A stretch of DNA of 58,557 nt, the filler included, from Platydemus manokwari (Eukaryota), in the NCBI GenBank assembly GCA_037951405.1. It is 5 parts of 5 records of this genome, joined end to end, with 100 filler letters (N's around TTAATTAATTAA, not from the genome) between each part and the next. Parts side by side here need not be neighbours in the genome. Positions count along the whole stretch, not along the records: positions 46,546 to 58,557 come from JBBMOY010347781.1; 4 more parts are not named here. One strand, written 5' to 3'. Position 1 is the first letter of the stretch, and the number at the start of each line of letters is the position of its first letter. The notes beneath the pieces are model-generated. The model worked only from the letters and a program-made list of their open reading frames with translations, made no database searches and was not told where the DNA came from. A program made the translations under genes and the position numbers. Shown one piece after another: positions 54,197 to 58,557 of this stretch.

Positions 54197-55132
54197 TCAA
54201 TTCAAAATATCGACATATATTGATTCATGATTTTCTTCTGACTTTAAAAATATGTTTTCATTTAAGGAAACACTGTCTTCCTCATTTGACAATTCACTGG
54301 AGAATGTTGAAATCGGTTTGGTATCAGTGATCTCATAGTCTTCAGTTTTAAATTCTGTCTCTGCCTGGCTGTCAATAAAATTTAAGCTCTCTGAAGAAGA
54401 CAATCGTTGAATTATATTCTCTTTGGCCACTACCATTGGATGATTGAAAGAAATGTGTCGAATTAAATGATCTTTTCTGTAATATTCTTTTGAACAGACA
54501 CCGCATTTATAGGGTTTGAAACCTACATGTCTCAACGCATGGCGTTGTAAATTTGATCTTTGTGTGAAGCTGGTATCGCAAATATGGCATTTATACCCAC
54601 CATGATTCTTTTGGGTATGATCTGATAAACTGGCTAAACAAGTGAACATCATTCGACACTGATTACATTTGAATGACCTTGATTTTTTCATTTTTATTGG
54701 TGTTGATTTACGTCTCTTTTGACTCAATTCTGAGTGGTTCATTTGAATAGGGAAATAACTTGGCATTGAAACCGGCTTTGATGGATTAGATAATATTGGT
54801 CTGGTAGCAAATAAAGTATGAAACATATTAGGCATCATCATTGGCACTTGAGAAGGAAATGTTAGAGGCGAGACAACACCAAATGGATTAAATAATGGGC
54901 TCAATTGACTTTTGTTACTGTTGACATCAGAATATTTCATCGAAAGATTTAATGGCTCTTCTTGATCAGATCCATCGCTTTTGACAGGAGAAGAGAAGCT
55001 TTGGGTGCTTGAAGAATACGGAGAATATCTAGTGTTAAGCGGTGGAACAACTTGAAGTGTATTAGCCCATTGAGATTGCAGTAAATGGTGCAGAGATTTC
55101 ATAAAAGCATTATTTTGTTCTATGAAATTCAT
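54197..55132 (-). CDS. Three-finger C2H2 zinc-finger transcription factor, 311 aa (candidate flatworm zfp-1-like family)
   Basis: Fingers CNQC..HTQKNH, CHIC..FTQRSNLQRHALRH and CGVC..YYRKDHLIRHISFNH. Non-canonical linker VGFKPY and a PLNLS (PxDLS-like, CtBP-binding) motif. Single coding exon. The zfp-1 assignment is from recall and needs a search. Confidence 0.9.
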   Translation of the reverse strand: MNFIEQNNAFMKSLHHLLQSQWANTLQVVPPLNTRYSPYSSSTQSFSSPVKSDGSDQEEPLNLSMKYSDVNSNKSQLSPLFNPFGVVSPLTFPSQVPMMMPNMFHTLFATRPILSNPSKPVSMPSYFPIQMNHSELSQKRRKSTPIKMKKSRSFKCNQCRMMFTCLASLSDHTQKNHGGYKCHICDTSFTQRSNLQRHALRHVGFKPYKCGVCSKEYYRKDHLIRHISFNHPMVVAKENIIQRLSSSESLNFIDSQAETEFKTEDYEITDTKPISTFSSELSNEEDSVSLNENIFLKSEENHESIYVDILN

Positions 55133-55254
55133 CTAGATTAGAAATTAAATTTAAAAAGTTGGTTTTATTAATTAATAGAAAAATTACTTTTCCAAAATAG
55201 TTCCTATAAATTCACAATTACAGTATTAGGTATTTACAAATTCTCCATCACCTG

Positions 55255-55440
55255 ATTATATACAGATTTTGTAAATGCGGTAAATTTCGCTGTCCAATGG
55301 GCAAATAGAAATAAATCCTGAATATTGTGTGCAATTTATATTCGACCAATAAAATTGAAGTTAACCTGTTACTGGGATGTATGAGCACATTAAACAAAGA
55401 AATTCAAGCACACATGATTATTGGAATATTGTGCTTGAAT
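55255..55440 (-). promoter_or_regulatory. Putative promoter of the C2H2 gene
   Basis: On the minus strand, TATATAA at ~55256-55262 lies about 70 nt upstream of the 5'UTR donor at 55187. CCAAT/ATTGG motifs occur at ~55294, ~55346 and ~55420. Confidence 0.4.
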
Positions 55441-58400
55441 GGAAGAGGTAGGAAACAGTAGCATAGTGTTAGATAAATTAAATTTTAAAGAATTAAATTC
55501 TGTATATCATTCATACCCTTATGCTTTAATAATTCTCCATATTATGGAAAAAATCTGATTATGTAACGTTGTGGTATCCAAGTAAGATTTGATTATACTT
55601 TGGAAATTTTCATTAAAATAATCTAAATAAAAAAATAATATAAATATAAGTAATTATATAGTCAAATTGTTGGACTAGATTTGGTTGCTGTTTCCAATGT
55701 CTGCCTTTTTTAAACATGAATTAAAGTGGTCAGTCTCATTCTGGTCATAAACCAACTCTTATCCTCTGTGAGCCGGTTGTGTAACCAGTTGTAACAAGTT
55801 TTGTGTACTTTACATTATCATGACATCGGGAGATCTGATGTGTTGTGAGTAGGTGGTTTACAGAGTCTATACGTGCGCTTGTTTGTCCACTGGACATATG
55901 TACGGCTTTGTTAATTGAAAAACTGCCATTTTCTTTCACAATAAAAGTTCACGCGTTCACAATAAAAGTTACAAGAAAACATTTTCTTTTCCGTATTAAA
56001 TATTTTCTCTACAAAACATTGTAATGAACCTATGATAATTTTCTTTCATTGGAATGTCTGAAAGTTTTTTTAATATTTGTTATTTTATTTATATGGAAAA
56101 ATTATGAGTTTTTTCTAGTTTCGGGATATTATTTGATCCTTTTAATATTTCTAGATGCCCGTATTAGGCAAACAGTATGATGGATACAAATCTGCCACTA
56201 TTTAGAAACAGTTACTATCAAAACAATGACGGAAAGTAACAGAATTTTGTTGTTTGTTTCTTATCATATTGATTGAAAATAGATTACGTAATCCAAGTAT
56301 CTATGGATATTGATTTTTCATTATTTGTAATTGTTATTGTGAAAATACAATAGATATTATATTCAATTTCTTGTTATCAAAACTACCGCACAGGAAAATT
56401 TTGCAATCGATTGTTGGCAATGAATAAATTTGGAAGATTTTTAAAACCGACAATAGTTTAATATCAAATTTATTTACCATAGAGCTATTTTTATAAATTA
56501 TGGGACACTCAATAGACAGTAGACAAAGAATAAATTCGATTGAGATGATCATATCAAACTATGTCTTCGAACTAGATCTCGAAATAGATTTGTTATAAGA
56601 TATCTCTGCTAAAGCAAGCTATGATTCTCAACAAATTGATGATATCGTATTTGTCTATGCGATATTTGATCAGGCCTGGGCAATGGTTAATATCTGGAAT
56701 ACAAAGTAACCGGTGATCAATAAGCTACTAGTCCGAAATCAGTTCTTAAAATAAAAAATAACAGTAATGCAAAACTGCACTGGATGAGTGCTCGAGTGAC
56801 AAGACAAAATTTAAGATAGTGGTATTCCGATTATCGTTCAAATATTTAACAATCCTATCTGCTAATGTTTCCGGTAATGAAATATTTTAGCGATTTTTTT
56901 GGATTATAAATATTGTTAATTATATAACAGCTACAAGGTACAGGATTAATATTTGTCTTTAATTTGAAATCAGTGTAACGTCTTTGAAAATTAAATACGA
57001 AAACAATTTAAAACCGGATAGCAAAATTTTAAAAAATGATAATAATAGATTATTTTGACATTTCGCACGTGTGCACCTCATCGAAAATAATTGCACAGAA
57101 GGCATATCTATGATGCACACATTCTTATCTAAAACTAAGCTAACAATGGAATTGCAAATCCATAATAACTCTGGCATTAAAATCAATGAATTGATTGTAA
57201 ACCGATTATTCTCGCTTAACATCCTATTTCTTTGTTTTACTGCCCATATTAAACTGCGCAGAGGACAGTTAGGCCGGATATCCTGTTTGCTTGGTCGTTA
57301 TCTGCCCGTAGCGACTGAATGATATATACAAACTTTGGCGAGAAATTCGTTTTAAGCGAATTATTCACTGACTAACGATGCTATTACCACTCGTACACCA
57401 ACCATTTGTCTTGAAGTTCCCTATTTGATTTCTCATTTCCGGTTTAATCTGGAATGTTTGGACATGAAGTATAAATCATGGTAAAATAAAAATAACGATT
57501 AAAACAGATGGCTAGTTACTGTTTCTGATTGTGCAGTATTAAAATAATTAAATTATTATTATTTCATTCGAGATTTTGATCGTTTTCATTGTTAATAATG
57601 TTATAGGTGACAACCACTACACTCAATGTTACATAATAACTTATCTATTACCATCAGCACATGCCAAATCAGGCGTGGATAATTGTGTGTTCCACAATGC
57701 TATTAGAATCATTGTTGTTATGTGTGTTGGAACAATATTTACATAAGATAATAAATAATTTTACCAAACGCCAAATATTCGAAAAACAATAATTAAATTA
57801 CGTTGCTAAGCTGAGGGATTACCTGAGCTATATGATAATTATTTTGATTTAAATATAAACAAAAATAGAAAACTGATACATTATATTTAATAATTACTAT
57901 TATCATGATTATCTGCGAAAATAATTTCGAAACATGACTTATCGATTATTTAACTTGAGAAAAATTCATTTGTTCGGAAATCTTATTATTTGATAAAAGT
58001 TTCTTGACATTTATTGGTGTTTTAAAAATAGAGAAATAAATAACAAAATATATGAATATTGTTTTTAATTTGATACGGCTATCCATTTATAAACGCGTTT
58101 TAACCATTTCGCAAAGACATGCTTTAATATATAACGCGCGGTTCATATGATGACCTGTGTGGAGATTGACGAAAGTTTACAGCTGATGAATTTTCTAAAG
58201 ACATGCAAAAATTTTAAAAACTCGACTTGAATGAAGTAACTATTTAAAACATTTTTTGCAATGCCATCTTGAACTTCTAATTTGGACCGAACTAAATTAC
58301 GAGATTATGTACGAGATTATTATATTATTAAAGTAGTAGATCATTTTATCTTATTAGTAAATTTTCATATAAATGGTATACATATTTGATTCAACGTCTT

Positions 58401-58557
58401 TAAAGACATTGAGGAGTTTTGTTTGAAATAATTAGATTTCCAGATCAATACATAAATGTGCAAAATAGAAAACTCAAAATTCTCTATATTATTTTAATAT
58501 ATTTCTGTATTTTTATCTTTTTACAGATTAAAACACTACATTGTAGTCTATAACAGT

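Overview
AT-rich eukaryotic genomic DNA, most likely a free-living flatworm (planarian-like). This is an inference from 42-67 nt GT-AG introns, a flatworm-type innexin and a three-finger C2H2 protein. The window is not contiguous: five contigs of about 11-12 kb are joined by an artificial 100-nt spacer (44 N + TTAATTAATTAA + 44 N), so neighbourhoods across the spacers carry no biological meaning. Six host genes can be reconstructed: TMA7, an innexin, TBCA, a TPD52-family gene, a large PWWP plus integrase-binding-domain (LEDGF/HDGFRP2-like) gene, and a 3xC2H2 transcription factor. The mobile-element debris includes a decayed Ty3/Gypsy pol, a Gypsy protease fragment, a fragment of a non-LTR element with a restriction-like endonuclease (RLE), several solo-LTR-like repeats and a Gag relic. 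I found no clearly new system. The best leads are a pol-less Gag with four zinc knuckles fused in frame to an unknown ~190-aa tail, an operon-like TPD52/LEDGF pair, introns that end exactly at the start codon, and LTR-like elements carrying their own splice sites. All exon structures were assembled by hand and have no transcript support.
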